A DNA stretch of 64,000 nt, taken from positions 201,756-265,755 of the IMG/VR virus record IMGVR_UViG_3300028888_000043; one strand, written 5' to 3'. This DNA is from a virus (lineage: Duplodnaviria; Heunggongvirae; Uroviricota; Caudoviricetes). Below are positions 10,536-19,904 of the stretch, piece after piece (the stretch's first letter is position 1; the number at the start of each line of letters is the position of its first letter). The translations under genes were made by a program, and so were the position numbers. The notes under the pieces were generated by a model. The model was not told the origin of the DNA. It did no database searches and worked only from the letters and a program-made list of their open reading frames with translations.

Positions 10536-10819
10536 TAGTCAATGCGTTTGTAATCTTTTCTGACAGCATAGTTATTGAAGTTCCTCAAATACTTTACACT
10601 GTTGATGAGATGGGACATTATCCTGTTGAGATAAGGAAAGAACTGTCTCATCATAGGGTTCTTTTGGAGATACCTACTGGTGTTGTCTTCCATCAGTGTG
10701 TTCTCATATTTGTAACCCTCATTCTTTGTTTCCCATCTACTCTCATTTATCTTGTCATAGATGGAGTTGAAACCTTTGTACTTAATGATGTTCAAATCAG
10801 TATTCTTTGAAGTATCCAT
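10535..10819 (-). CDS. Hypothetical protein in baseplate operon
   Basis: ORF tightly packed between gp6 and gp7-like genes. Confidence 0.6.
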   Translation of the reverse strand: MDTSKNTDLNIIKYKGFNSIYDKINESRWETKNEGYKYENTLMEDNTSRYLQKNPMMRQFFPYLNRIMSHLINSVKYLRNFNNYAVRKDYKRID

Positions 10820-10822
10820 CTA

Positions 10823-12598
10823 TTAGTAGTTGTTTTTTAATAATGTATTGAGTTTTCTCTGCATAGCAAGATTATAAGCAGAACTATCTACCTTGTCAAT
10901 GAAGAAGATGTTGAGAGGTCCGAGCTTTCCTTCTTCTGGAGTCTCTGTGTAGTAGTTTCCATCCCTGTCTTTCCATCCACCCTTTGGGATGAAGATTTCA
11001 TATTCATTGACTTTGAGATTACCGAAATTGTCAAATCCAATCCTTGGGTCTTCATCATAACCCACATAGACCTTCTGTCTCTTCTCTATGTATTCAAGAC
11101 CATCCCAGGTCATCTCATTCTCATAATAGTAACCATTGACGATTGCCCTTTCATTCTCTTCATTGACAAAGAATACATCACATGTATCTACACCGTCAAT
11201 ACCCTCCACAAGGGAGATGATGTCAGAGAGAGGAACAATGTCATTCCTGTTGATGTTGAGGAAATACTGACCGAGACGCTTCCTGATACTTGCCCTGATA
11301 CTTGTCCTGTCAATGTCCTCGAAGTAGCGGATAATGATGTTGATGACAAACCTCTTCACAGTGGGGTCGACAATCTGGACTTCAGCATTGACAAGCATCC
11401 TTCCTGAATCATCCAATGCACTGATGATGGAATTCTTCTCATATTCACTCAAAGTGAACTCATTTGCCGGAAGTTCAAAGTAGTCTTGATTACTGGAAAG
11501 TTTCTTCTTCATATTAGGGATGATTTTCAGATAGACTACATTGTCATCATAGATGTCCGCATCATCCTTTGTGTTATAAGCATATATGAAGGAATACTGG
11601 TTATACTTTGAGAGATAACTGACATAGTTTTCAGGTGTTGCAAGTACAAATGACTTACTGGCCTTCGGAGCAATCATCTTTGTGAATTCAGGATCCTCAA
11701 AGTCACTACCCAACATAGGTGGTGCTACTGTCTCCACTATAAGTACATCATTGAGATTCACTTCATTACCATATTCATCAACACCAGTATCATCAAAGAG
11801 ATAGGTGAGATGAGATGTGTTTGCATTACCTTCTGAACCGGTTGTCCTGATGTATGTCACTTCTATCAATGAACCTGCTGGCGGAATCTTTCCGAATTCA
11901 CCATTTCCAAAGAAAATTGAGAGACCAACATTGACTGATGACTTGGCAATGAAGCATTCCGAACTCTCACTGATGTCATCATCGGCAGGCATATCATAAA
12001 GACTGTTAACTCTTTTCCATACTTTTCCATTGACAGAGACAGCCACATTGTCATTGTCAGTCATATTCTTGATAATGGGATTGAAGGACTGGAGTGGTGT
12101 TCCATCTGATGTGAAGGTCTGCGTTTCAGGAATTCCCTGAATAAAATTCACATTGGTAAACGTTGTATCTGCAACATTGAGTCTAATATAATCAGAAGGA
12201 AGGTTCAAGAAGTAAGTACATCCTGTTTCTGCAATTGTGAACTTTGTGAAATTATTGATAGTAACAAAGTTACCTTCAATCAAATCTGATGAAGTGTTAA
12301 GTTTCAATGCCATCATACCATAGGCACTTCCACCCCTGTAAGCATCATGTCCTGTCATCTGGGCCAGACCATAGATTGTCTCTATATTCTGGGCAGTCTT
12401 GATATTAAGTTCTTCTGCTGTATGAGCAATATATGTGAATATGAGTTCAGCCATATTTGATACAACAATAAGTAGTTGTCCAAATGGAGAAGCAGATGTA
12501 AATACATGTGCTGCTTGATTATATTTGTTATGTAGGAACACAACTGCTTGTTCCATCAAATCACTGGCTTTGAGCCTTGTTCTGGATAAAAATCCCAT
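10823..12598 (-). CDS. gp6: Baseplate wedge subunit gp6-like
   Basis: IFFGNGEFGKIPPAGSLIEVTYIRTTGSEGN; TAQNIETIYGLAQMTGH; size and neighbour gp25. Confidence 0.85.
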   Translation of the reverse strand: MGFLSRTRLKASDLMEQAVVFLHNKYNQAAHVFTSASPFGQLLIVVSNMAELIFTYIAHTAEELNIKTAQNIETIYGLAQMTGHDAYRGGSAYGMMALKLNTSSDLIEGNFVTINNFTKFTIAETGCTYFLNLPSDYIRLNVADTTFTNVNFIQGIPETQTFTSDGTPLQSFNPIIKNMTDNDNVAVSVNGKVWKRVNSLYDMPADDDISESSECFIAKSSVNVGLSIFFGNGEFGKIPPAGSLIEVTYIRTTGSEGNANTSHLTYLFDDTGVDEYGNEVNLNDVLIVETVAPPMLGSDFEDPEFTKMIAPKASKSFVLATPENYVSYLSKYNQYSFIYAYNTKDDADIYDDNVVYLKIIPNMKKKLSSNQDYFELPANEFTLSEYEKNSIISALDDSGRMLVNAEVQIVDPTVKRFVINIIIRYFEDIDRTSIRASIRKRLGQYFLNINRNDIVPLSDIISLVEGIDGVDTCDVFFVNEENERAIVNGYYYENEMTWDGLEYIEKRQKVYVGYDEDPRIGFDNFGNLKVNEYEIFIPKGGWKDRDGNYYTETPEEGKLGPLNIFFIDKVDSSAYNLAMQRKLNTLLKNNY

Positions 12599-12625
12599 AT
12601 ACTTGATGTGTATATATTATATAAG

Positions 12626-12633
12626 TATTTATG
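12626..12633 (-). promoter_or_regulatory. Late promoter CATAAATA
   Basis: 27 nt upstream of gp6 start. Confidence 0.75.
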
Positions 12634-12686
12634 GTTTATAGTATTTGTACCACCAAAAAAGTTTGTACCACCTTTTTTAGTGGTAC

Positions 12687-12714
12687 AAAAAAAGAGATGA
12701 CTTAATGTCATCTC
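12687..12714 (-). terminator. Intrinsic terminator after gp25
   Basis: GAGATGAC-ttaat-GTCATCTC stem with U-tract on minus strand. Confidence 0.7.
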
Positions 12715-13074
12715 CTATACCAAGTATGATGCAACCTTTTTGTTGTTTATCACCAAATCGACGATCATTGCCACATTCAGTTTCCATCTGACAAACTGCA
12801 CATCAACATCAACACTGTATGAACCGTCAAGATAGATGAAACTCCTAATCTGATTCATAATGATGTTCTTTATCATACTTTCATTGTATGTTGTGTCAAA
12901 CAGATACCTTCCAAGACCACATCCAAATTCAGGCATGCACAGAACATCACCTTTATTGGTGAACAGAATCATATCAACCTGCTGTATGATTTCATCCAGT
13001 TCACCGGTGATTTCAAGTACATTGTCCTTATATCTTGGTTCCTCTTCAGGAATGGCATAGATGTCTTTTAACAT
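12715..13074 (-). CDS. gp25: Baseplate wedge subunit gp25-like
   Basis: ILFTNKGDVLCMPEFGCGLGRYLFD. Confidence 0.85.
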   Translation of the reverse strand: MLKDIYAIPEEEPRYKDNVLEITGELDEIIQQVDMILFTNKGDVLCMPEFGCGLGRYLFDTTYNESMIKNIIMNQIRSFIYLDGSYSVDVDVQFVRWKLNVAMIVDLVINNKKVASYLV

Positions 13075-14360
13075 TACTGAATTTCATTTACATTTGTCTT
13101 CTCCACATCATCATCAATCTCTGCCATAGATATGATGACTGTTGTGTTCCTCAGTGAACCGCCTTTCATGGATCCTCCCATCTTACCGAGCTGACCGGAT
13201 ACATTACAGTCTTTCAACTTGATGTTCCTGCTGATGAAAGAATCCCTGATCTTACAGTCCTTGCAGTCAGCATAACCGAAGAGATTACTCTTGATGATGG
13301 ATGACTTCTCAATCTTTGTGTCATACACATCACAGTCCCTGATGGTACAGTTGGTGAGTTCACTATCAACAATGTCAACACCATTGATGTGATAACACTT
13401 CTTGATTTCCAGGTTTTTCAACTGGAGTTTGGAGATGTCTGAATCATAGTTGATTTCAGCTTCCTTGATACCACTCTTAATAACAATGTCAAAAAGTTTG
13501 TCCTTTATGGAAGGGAAGATGACATCAATTTCCATACTGTCATTGTTGAGGTCTTTGGTGAACTTGATTTTTTTGTATCTCTCCCTGAACAGTTCATAAC
13601 ATGAGAATGCTCCGGCAATATCCTTATATGTCTTGTCAAGTTCATCCAACTTCTTTGTTTCTTCTTCCGTGAAGTCATATGATACACAGGAATTGTAAAG
13701 GGTGATGATTGTATGGTTCATACATTTCAGAAGTTCTTCCCATTTGTTCCTGTAATTGATTTCCCTTGCATATGTGAAGGTGATGTAACCAAGTTTGATG
13801 GTACTGAAATCAATACCATATATATCTTCATAATCAGTGAATTTCAATACATCCATTCTCTTCCTGATAGTGTCAGAACATGATTCCAGGTTCAATGGTT
13901 TGATGTCAGTGAGTTTTTCAAAACTACCATCCAGTGTCAAATCAGTAATATGCTTCAAGATATAATCCTCATTGAATTCAAGGACAAACTTCATTACATT
14001 GATCTGGGATACATCACAGAACCCATCATTGAATCCGATTCTGAAATAGAGATAGGAGTTCTTCTCATCTTTGAGACCTTTCAACAGTTCAAGGATTTTA
14101 GGAAGGATGAATAATGCCTCGAAATAACTGTATTGTGGAGTCTTCACTTCACACATCTTACCATCAATGGTCATCACTGCATGACTGTCAGTGGGTTCAA
14201 GGAGTTTATACTTGATATTGGAGAATGACACATCTCTGTTGAGAATATCTTTCAGTTTTGTCAACAATATATTTTCATCATCTTTGAACAGACCTTTGAA
14301 CTCAAATCCTATCGTTGAGTTACCTGTAATATGGTCATTCTGAAATAAGTTATTGTTCAT
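13074..14360 (-). CDS. Degenerate amidoligase-like domain plus C-terminal beta-helix
   Basis: IGFEFK and CEVKTP resemble GxExE and ExxTP motifs; C-terminal SxIxxC-type repeats. Confidence 0.4.
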   Translation of the reverse strand: MNNNLFQNDHITGNSTIGFEFKGLFKDDENILLTKLKDILNRDVSFSNIKYKLLEPTDSHAVMTIDGKMCEVKTPQYSYFEALFILPKILELLKGLKDEKNSYLYFRIGFNDGFCDVSQINVMKFVLEFNEDYILKHITDLTLDGSFEKLTDIKPLNLESCSDTIRKRMDVLKFTDYEDIYGIDFSTIKLGYITFTYAREINYRNKWEELLKCMNHTIITLYNSCVSYDFTEEETKKLDELDKTYKDIAGAFSCYELFRERYKKIKFTKDLNNDSMEIDVIFPSIKDKLFDIVIKSGIKEAEINYDSDISKLQLKNLEIKKCYHINGVDIVDSELTNCTIRDCDVYDTKIEKSSIIKSNLFGYADCKDCKIRDSFISRNIKLKDCNVSGQLGKMGGSMKGGSLRNTTVIISMAEIDDDVEKTNVNEIQ

Positions 14361-14380
14361 AAGTATACACTATTATAAGG

Positions 14381-14388
14381 TATTTATG
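14381..14388 (-). promoter_or_regulatory. Late promoter CATAAATA
   Basis: 20 nt upstream of ATG 14360. Confidence 0.75.
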
Positions 14389-14417
14389 AAAAAAGGAATG
14401 ACCTGGGTCATTCCTTT
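14389..14417 (-). terminator. Intrinsic terminator downstream of gp55 and the tRNA-like element
   Basis: AAAGGAATGACC-tg-GGTCATTCCTTT inverted repeat with U-tract. Confidence 0.7.
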
Positions 14418-14447
14418 GAGGTTATATATTTGTTGTTCAAATTAATG

Positions 14448-14580
14448 AGGATATAGAAGGATTGGAACCAACATTCATAATGCAAGAGGATTCGAACCTA
14501 CTATCCCTACCGCTATTAGCCTCGGATTTCCTAAACCATTAGAAGATACATTTGTCTTAACCATTTTAGACGATATATCC
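14448..14580 (-). ncRNA. Nested tRNA-like RNA (tRNA-like insert in anticodon loop of an outer tRNA-like cloverleaf)
   Basis: Two D-arms (GTCT/AGAC, TTCT/AGGA with TGG loops), two T-arms (GGTTCGAATCC, GGTTCCAATCC), acceptor GGATATA/TATATCC. Confidence 0.6.
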
Positions 14581-14622
14581 TCATTATTGACAACTGATAT
14601 ATAATTACTCATTCTGTTTCAA

Positions 14623-15309
14623 TTAGATGTTGTACAAATCGAATGGTTTTCCATTTTCATCCAGACAGGAGATGGAAATCGTTCCATTGTACTTCTTGGG
14701 ATGCAGGATTCTGTGTGCCCCAGCAATTCCAAAATAGGCAATCTGTGAACAGAAAGCAAATGCACTGTTACTTTTTCCATTCAAATCAATGGGTTCATAC
14801 TTCCAGAAATTTGAACAGAGGTCCAGGACTGCATTGGCCTTACAGTCCTGTCCGTCATCTGGGTTAGACCAGTAGAAACTTCTTGAAATGTTTTCTACTA
14901 TGAGTTGAAACATCTTTGCGAGTCTGTCACTGACAATGGGTTTCCTCATCTGGATATCAAGTTTCAGGGCATCCTCCTTGGTCATCTCTCCATTCCTGAC
15001 CATTTCATCGATAACATCCTTGTCATATTCCCTGATCATTCTAACCCAATATGACCTTTCAGGCATATACCCATTCTTTATAGCAAGATTATATTTCTCA
15101 ATCATCTCACTATTGTTACTTGTGAATTTGAATCCGATAGGAAATACAGTCGTTTCTTCATCCTCATCAGATTCACTACCCGGATATGCCCACACTGGAA
15201 GTGATGGATCAAATCCATTAGCAACTGCCTTTTCATAACCATCAGTTATGCATTTTAAAATCTCATCCCTTAATTCTACATTACTTAAATAATTTTTCTT
15301 TTTGGCCAT
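14623..15309 (-). CDS. gp55: Late-transcription sigma factor, T4 gp55-like
   Basis: N-term KKKNYLSNVEL; C-term SAFAFCSQIAYFG matching gp55 NPFAYFTQI; T4-like late boxes across window. Confidence 0.75.
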   Translation of the reverse strand: MAKKKNYLSNVELRDEILKCITDGYEKAVANGFDPSLPVWAYPGSESDEDEETTVFPIGFKFTSNNSEMIEKYNLAIKNGYMPERSYWVRMIREYDKDVIDEMVRNGEMTKEDALKLDIQMRKPIVSDRLAKMFQLIVENISRSFYWSNPDDGQDCKANAVLDLCSNFWKYEPIDLNGKSNSAFAFCSQIAYFGIAGAHRILHPKKYNGTISISCLDENGKPFDLYNI

Positions 15310-15337
15310 TATTAGTTAAAGGAGATATTGTATATAA

Positions 15338-15350
15338 TAAATATAACAAA
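15338..15350 (-). promoter_or_regulatory. Early/middle promoter motif TTTGTTATATTTA
   Basis: Upstream of gp55; same motif precedes replication genes. Confidence 0.6.
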
Positions 15351-15355
15351 ATTAA

Positions 15356-15387
15356 AAATGTGGGGATTCATATCAATCCCCACATTT
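15356..15387 (-). terminator. Intrinsic terminator
   Basis: AAATGTGGGGATT-catatc-AATCCCCACATTT directly after stop of 15388-15663. Confidence 0.75.
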
Positions 15388-15663
15388 CTACACATCTATC
15401 TGTAGATTCTTTTTCTGTGTGATGAGTTCTTCATCATCCTTATAACAAGTCACAAATGATTCCGGATCCAGTTGACCGAACTCCGTTGCTGAAACCAATA
15501 CCTTGTCACCTTTTTTGAGACCCTTTACCGGTACCACTACGGTAACTTCGGTATAACCATTTTTCATCATCTTCTTCTTGTTGTGGTTGAGAAGTTCCGC
15601 ATCGGCAGGATTTTCAAGGAAGGTTTCATTGATAAACTCTTTGAAACACTTTACCCTTTCCAT
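15388..15663 (-). CDS. Small putative head-internal protein
   Basis: N-terminus VKCFKEFINE resembles T4 capsid-targeting sequence. Confidence 0.5.
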   Translation of the reverse strand: MERVKCFKEFINETFLENPADAELLNHNKKKMMKNGYTEVTVVVPVKGLKKGDKVLVSATEFGQLDPESFVTCYKDDEELITQKKNLQIDV

Positions 15664-15667
15664 AATC

Positions 15668-17248
15668 TTACTCTACATATGTTTCCTGAAGTTCCTTCTC
15701 GAACTTTCTGATTTCACCTTCAACAAGGTCAAGGGCTGACTTCACCTGCTCATTGTTATTGGTCTGCTGAAGACCTTCAATGAGCTGAGCCCTCTTCTCT
15801 GAAAGGAAAGCAAGTGTTTCCTTGATTTCATTTCTCTTTGACTCAATGATAGCATTCTTAATACCTTCTGCCTGAAGTTTCTCTGAAAGGATTTCAGTTG
15901 CATCATACTTCATAAAGTCCCTGATAGCATCAAGTGCCTCCTTGGCAGTATTGTAGTGAACCATCTCATTGATGTGGAGAGGAATGTTGACCTTATTCAC
16001 ATATACACCTTCCTGGACATTGATGATAGTCACAAAGAGTCCGGCAATCTTGTTGCTCTGGATGGTAGTGATAGGACTGTCAAGTTCAACAAGGATGTCC
16101 TTTGATTCAAAGAACTTCACGAGTTTCTCGCAGTTTCCGATAGTCTCCCTGTCAAAGATACCACATCTCTTCAATGTCTCATTGATGTCAATGATGGACA
16201 TCTCATTGATGTTATCCACACCGGTAAGAGAGAGTTCATCTGTCTGGCAGTTGTATTCAAGAACCATATTGTTCTTACCATAGTAAACAAGTCTGTCCTT
16301 GTCTGCCTCATACTTCAAGATTGAAAGACCTTCAAGAACATTGATGTATTTCCTGTCAGTGACTGTTGCCTCTTCAAGGGTGTTACCATCAAAAATGTAG
16401 TTCTTTCCATTGAGGTGGAAAACTTTCTTGTTCTCATCAACAATGAGTGGTGAGAAGTTCTTTCTTACTGAACAGTTGGAGTTCTCATATACACTGGTGT
16501 TGATTTCACCCTGTTCTGCCTTTTCCTCTGCTACGATAGAAGAAAGGAGAGACTTTGCATCCGCATTCCAGGAGTTCTCAAGAAGAACATCTTTAAGTGC
16601 AAGTCTCACATTGTCCTCATCAATGAGGACATCAAGAAGACTTTCATAAAGGTTGGCGAATGAAGGGTTTGAAGACTGTCCAGCAAGACTGTTGGCAAAG
16701 TTTGCTGCAACATAACTCCATTTGTCGCCAACAAATGTTTCAGCAATCATATTCCTGAAATCAGAAACAGGCATAATCCAGTCATACTGTGTGAGAACCT
16801 TATAAAGACTTTCAGCAACAGTGTATTTCAAAATTGGATTCACGAGTGTGTCATCAATCTTGTAACCAGCCTTGATTTTTTCCTCCATCACAGTCTTGTC
16901 ATCCTTTGTCATCTGAAGCTGTGCCATAGCATTCTCAATAATCTGCTTTGCACTGGATGCAGAGAAACCAAGACTGTTGTCAGACATCATCTCTTCAAGA
17001 GCCTCGATGGTCTTTTGAGACTGAGTGTGCAATTTTTCAAGTGTTAGTTTCATATCTTTATTTTCTTTTACGATGTTTATGTCCTTGTTAATCTGTGCAG
17101 TATGTTTGTTATAATAGTCCAGGTGTGCTTCCACAATCTCTGGAATCATACCTAACTGCCACATACACTGCTTTATAACCTCATCAGACTGACCGGTCTT
17201 TTTATAAGAAGCGATCAGGTTGATTAAGTTCTGATTCAAATTATCCAT
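15668..17248 (-). CDS. Hypothetical late (virion) protein with coiled coils
   Basis: 526-aa ORF behind CATAAATA. Confidence 0.6.
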   Translation of the reverse strand: MDNLNQNLINLIASYKKTGQSDEVIKQCMWQLGMIPEIVEAHLDYYNKHTAQINKDINIVKENKDMKLTLEKLHTQSQKTIEALEEMMSDNSLGFSASSAKQIIENAMAQLQMTKDDKTVMEEKIKAGYKIDDTLVNPILKYTVAESLYKVLTQYDWIMPVSDFRNMIAETFVGDKWSYVAANFANSLAGQSSNPSFANLYESLLDVLIDEDNVRLALKDVLLENSWNADAKSLLSSIVAEEKAEQGEINTSVYENSNCSVRKNFSPLIVDENKKVFHLNGKNYIFDGNTLEEATVTDRKYINVLEGLSILKYEADKDRLVYYGKNNMVLEYNCQTDELSLTGVDNINEMSIIDINETLKRCGIFDRETIGNCEKLVKFFESKDILVELDSPITTIQSNKIAGLFVTIINVQEGVYVNKVNIPLHINEMVHYNTAKEALDAIRDFMKYDATEILSEKLQAEGIKNAIIESKRNEIKETLAFLSEKRAQLIEGLQQTNNNEQVKSALDLVEGEIRKFEKELQETYVE

Positions 17249-17272
17249 ATAATGAGATATTTATTATATTAT

Positions 17273-17280
17273 TATTTATG
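17273..17280 (-). promoter_or_regulatory. Late promoter CATAAATA
   Basis: 24 nt upstream of ATG 17248. Confidence 0.75.
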
Positions 17281-17285
17281 AAAGA

Positions 17286-18947
17286 TTAAAGATTGGCAAG
17301 AGGATTGTTATCTTCTTTCTCATTATCATTCTTTTCTTCTTCCTTTGGTTCTTCCTCAGACTTCTCATCTTCCTCATTTGAAGGTTCTTCCTCCTTCTTC
17401 TCCTCCTTCTTCACATCCTCTTTCTGGTCTTTCTCATCCTTCTTGTCCTCAGATTTTTCCTCTTTTTCTTTCTTTTCCTCTTTTTCCTCTCTTTCCTCTT
17501 CTTTTTCTTCCTGCTTCTTGACGGAACCTTTCAGCTTATCCATATCTTTCTGAAGGTCTTTAATCATATCCTCTATGGATTTGATTGCTTTCTGTTCCTT
17601 CTTTTCATTCTCTTCATCCTTGTCTTTCTTCTTGAAGTCTGCAAATGAGAGTGCCTGGATGGGTTGTCTTTCCTCTTCCTGTTTAGGCTGTACATTATCC
17701 TGTACATTTTTTACATCAAGTGTCATGATGTTTTTTGGATGTATGGTGTTCAGATAGGAAGAGAATGATAGGTCATTACCATCAGTCTTGTTTGAAATCT
17801 TGTCCTGTATCTTGTCAATGATACCATTGAAAATCCTTACAACACCTGGTGACATAACCAGTGATTTGTAGTCTTCCGGTTTCTTTGCCTTGAAACTGCC
17901 AAGCAGTGTCTTGAAGATGGATTTGTATTCCGGATTGTCTTTCAGGAGTTTCTTTGTTGTCTCATTGGAGATTTCATCAAGGTTGACATCAAAGTCAACA
18001 TCAATGGACTCCTTCACTATGTCATTGGTGTCCACATCGAAATCTTCAAGTTGTGACTTCTTGTATTTGATATACCTGTTGAACAATCTGTAAAACAATT
18101 CAAGGTATCTCTGACTCTCATCATCACCATGCAGAAGGATTGAATCCATATCCTGTCCTGCCATAAAGACAGCAAAATCAGACAACAGAACATCAGTATT
18201 GTCCTTGAATCCCTTGTTAGACTTGTTCTTCAATATGATATTGGTCATATAAGGGTCAATGAGCTTTGCCGATACCGGCTTTGTGATTCCGTCATCTGAT
18301 ATGAACTTGAATATGAATCCGTCAATGGGTGAATCAAAACCATCATTTTGATAAAGTGAATGGGTAAGGTTAGGATTCAGCAATGTGATTATAAACCTGG
18401 CGAATGATTCCTTTGTGGATCCGCTCTTTAAATAATCATACAACCTTTCCTTCTGATACTGTGTGAGATACCCTCTGAATACAGGCTCCTGGTAAGCAAT
18501 GTCAAACATCTCTGCCCAGGGTCTCAAATCTTCCACGTCCTCAATCTTTGTACCACCGGATGTGATGATACAAGAAAGAACCAAGTTGTTCTTCGGTAAG
18601 ACCGAATAATTGATGAAACTTGGTTGATGATTAGGGAAATACTTACAGACAAAAGTCCAGTTACTTGGAATCTTGTCTATGATGATTTTACTTAAATTAC
18701 TCAAATATGTCATACCACTGGAATAGAAGTTAGTCATAACCCTATCCGCTATGGTTATCTCTCTTTTGTTAACACCTGAACCCTTGTAGAAGGTCAGTTT
18801 CCTGTTCAGGTCTGTCTCGGATGTTGCCTTCTTCTGAAATGAGAGTGTTGCAGCATTGAGTTTTTCATTGACCACAACCTCTTTGTTCAAAAGGTTATCC
18901 AAAAATTCCTGACCTTCAGAGTTAAGTATGTTTTGTAAACTTATCAT
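17286..18947 (-). CDS. RNA-ligase-like nucleotidyltransferase-fold protein with Lys/Glu-rich tail
   Basis: NEKLNA (motif I-like), IDGFIFK (IV-like), SAKLID (V-like). Confidence 0.45.
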   Translation of the reverse strand: MISLQNILNSEGQEFLDNLLNKEVVVNEKLNAATLSFQKKATSETDLNRKLTFYKGSGVNKREITIADRVMTNFYSSGMTYLSNLSKIIIDKIPSNWTFVCKYFPNHQPSFINYSVLPKNNLVLSCIITSGGTKIEDVEDLRPWAEMFDIAYQEPVFRGYLTQYQKERLYDYLKSGSTKESFARFIITLLNPNLTHSLYQNDGFDSPIDGFIFKFISDDGITKPVSAKLIDPYMTNIILKNKSNKGFKDNTDVLLSDFAVFMAGQDMDSILLHGDDESQRYLELFYRLFNRYIKYKKSQLEDFDVDTNDIVKESIDVDFDVNLDEISNETTKKLLKDNPEYKSIFKTLLGSFKAKKPEDYKSLVMSPGVVRIFNGIIDKIQDKISNKTDGNDLSFSSYLNTIHPKNIMTLDVKNVQDNVQPKQEEERQPIQALSFADFKKKDKDEENEKKEQKAIKSIEDMIKDLQKDMDKLKGSVKKQEEKEEEREEKEEKKEKEEKSEDKKDEKDQKEDVKKEEKKEEEPSNEEDEKSEEEPKEEEKNDNEKEDNNPLANL

Positions 18948-18977
18948 TCTCTGTCAAATTAAGATTTTAATACTCTA

Positions 18978-18985
18978 TATTTATG
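18978..18985 (-). promoter_or_regulatory. Late promoter CATAAATA
   Basis: 30 nt upstream of ATG 18947. Confidence 0.75.
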
Positions 18986-18995
18986 GTATTATTGA

Positions 18996-19904
18996 TTACT
19001 TGATTTTTCTTCTTAATATCAAATCCTCTTTCAAGTCCTTTTGTTTCAGGTCATCCAAAGACCTGACTCTCATAGGGACCTTATGTGTGTTGGACTTCAA
19101 TGTGGGATCCTCAATATTGTCTGCATATGTTGATTCCACAATCTCTTCCATAACACCACCGGCTCTCATACCATAGACACCGAATTCATCAGGTCTGTAC
19201 TCAATGATACCCTTGGCATCTTTTGGTACTTGGAGAAGGAGTTCATCAATCTCACAAAGGAGAAGTCCATGTTCAAAGGCTGGAATGAATGACTTCATCT
19301 CCACACTGAATGATGTGGAGAATTCTTTCTTCTCGTTCAGTCCGAATTCCTGAGGGAGTTCATGGTTGTAATCCGGAGGTACTGTGAGACAGGCATCAAC
19401 ATTGAACATACCGAAATCAACCTTGAAGTAGTTTGGGTTCTTGTATATCTTGGATACAATGGCCTCGGTCACTTTTAACAATTCAATGTTATTGGAACAA
19501 ATGACTCTGCAATCAAATGAAAGGGTGACAGGTATCCATTCCACATTCATATAGAGTGTCCTCAATATACCCTGACTTTCCCTGACAATCTTTGTCCTGT
19601 TATACTTGTTTGTCTGCTCTGCCTGGTTGACTCCGAAACTTGTGAGATTTACCATACATCTTGGTACTTTCTCATAGTCACCAAGAGCCTTACCCTGTGC
19701 CAGGGCATCATAATAGAATTCATCTTTCAGAAACCTTTCGCCTCCTGTTATGGAATAAAGACAAGGTATATCCACTTTTTGAACACTACCATCATCCATA
19801 CGGTTATAGATGTACAACTTCTTGTTCATTTCTGCAAGAAGGCATACTATCATACTGCGGATGAAGACATCATCCTTGTTGTATTTCTGATTATAATCAC
19901 TCAT
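18996..19904 (-). CDS. Tail completion/sheath stabiliser, gp15-like
   Basis: IPCLY...KVPRCMV...IPVTLSF...LKVTEAI pattern of gp15-family tail terminators. Confidence 0.6.
   Translation of the reverse strand: MSDYNQKYNKDDVFIRSMIVCLLAEMNKKLYIYNRMDDGSVQKVDIPCLYSITGGERFLKDEFYYDALAQGKALGDYEKVPRCMVNLTSFGVNQAEQTNKYNRTKIVRESQGILRTLYMNVEWIPVTLSFDCRVICSNNIELLKVTEAIVSKIYKNPNYFKVDFGMFNVDACLTVPPDYNHELPQEFGLNEKKEFSTSFSVEMKSFIPAFEHGLLLCEIDELLLQVPKDAKGIIEYRPDEFGVYGMRAGGVMEEIVESTYADNIEDPTLKSNTHKVPMRVRSLDDLKQKDLKEDLILRRKIK

Noticed and set aside
14479-14552. Calling the inner unit a functional canonical tRNA
   Set aside because: Six-bp acceptor stem, irregular anticodon arm, no assignable anticodon; reported as tRNA-like ncRNA instead
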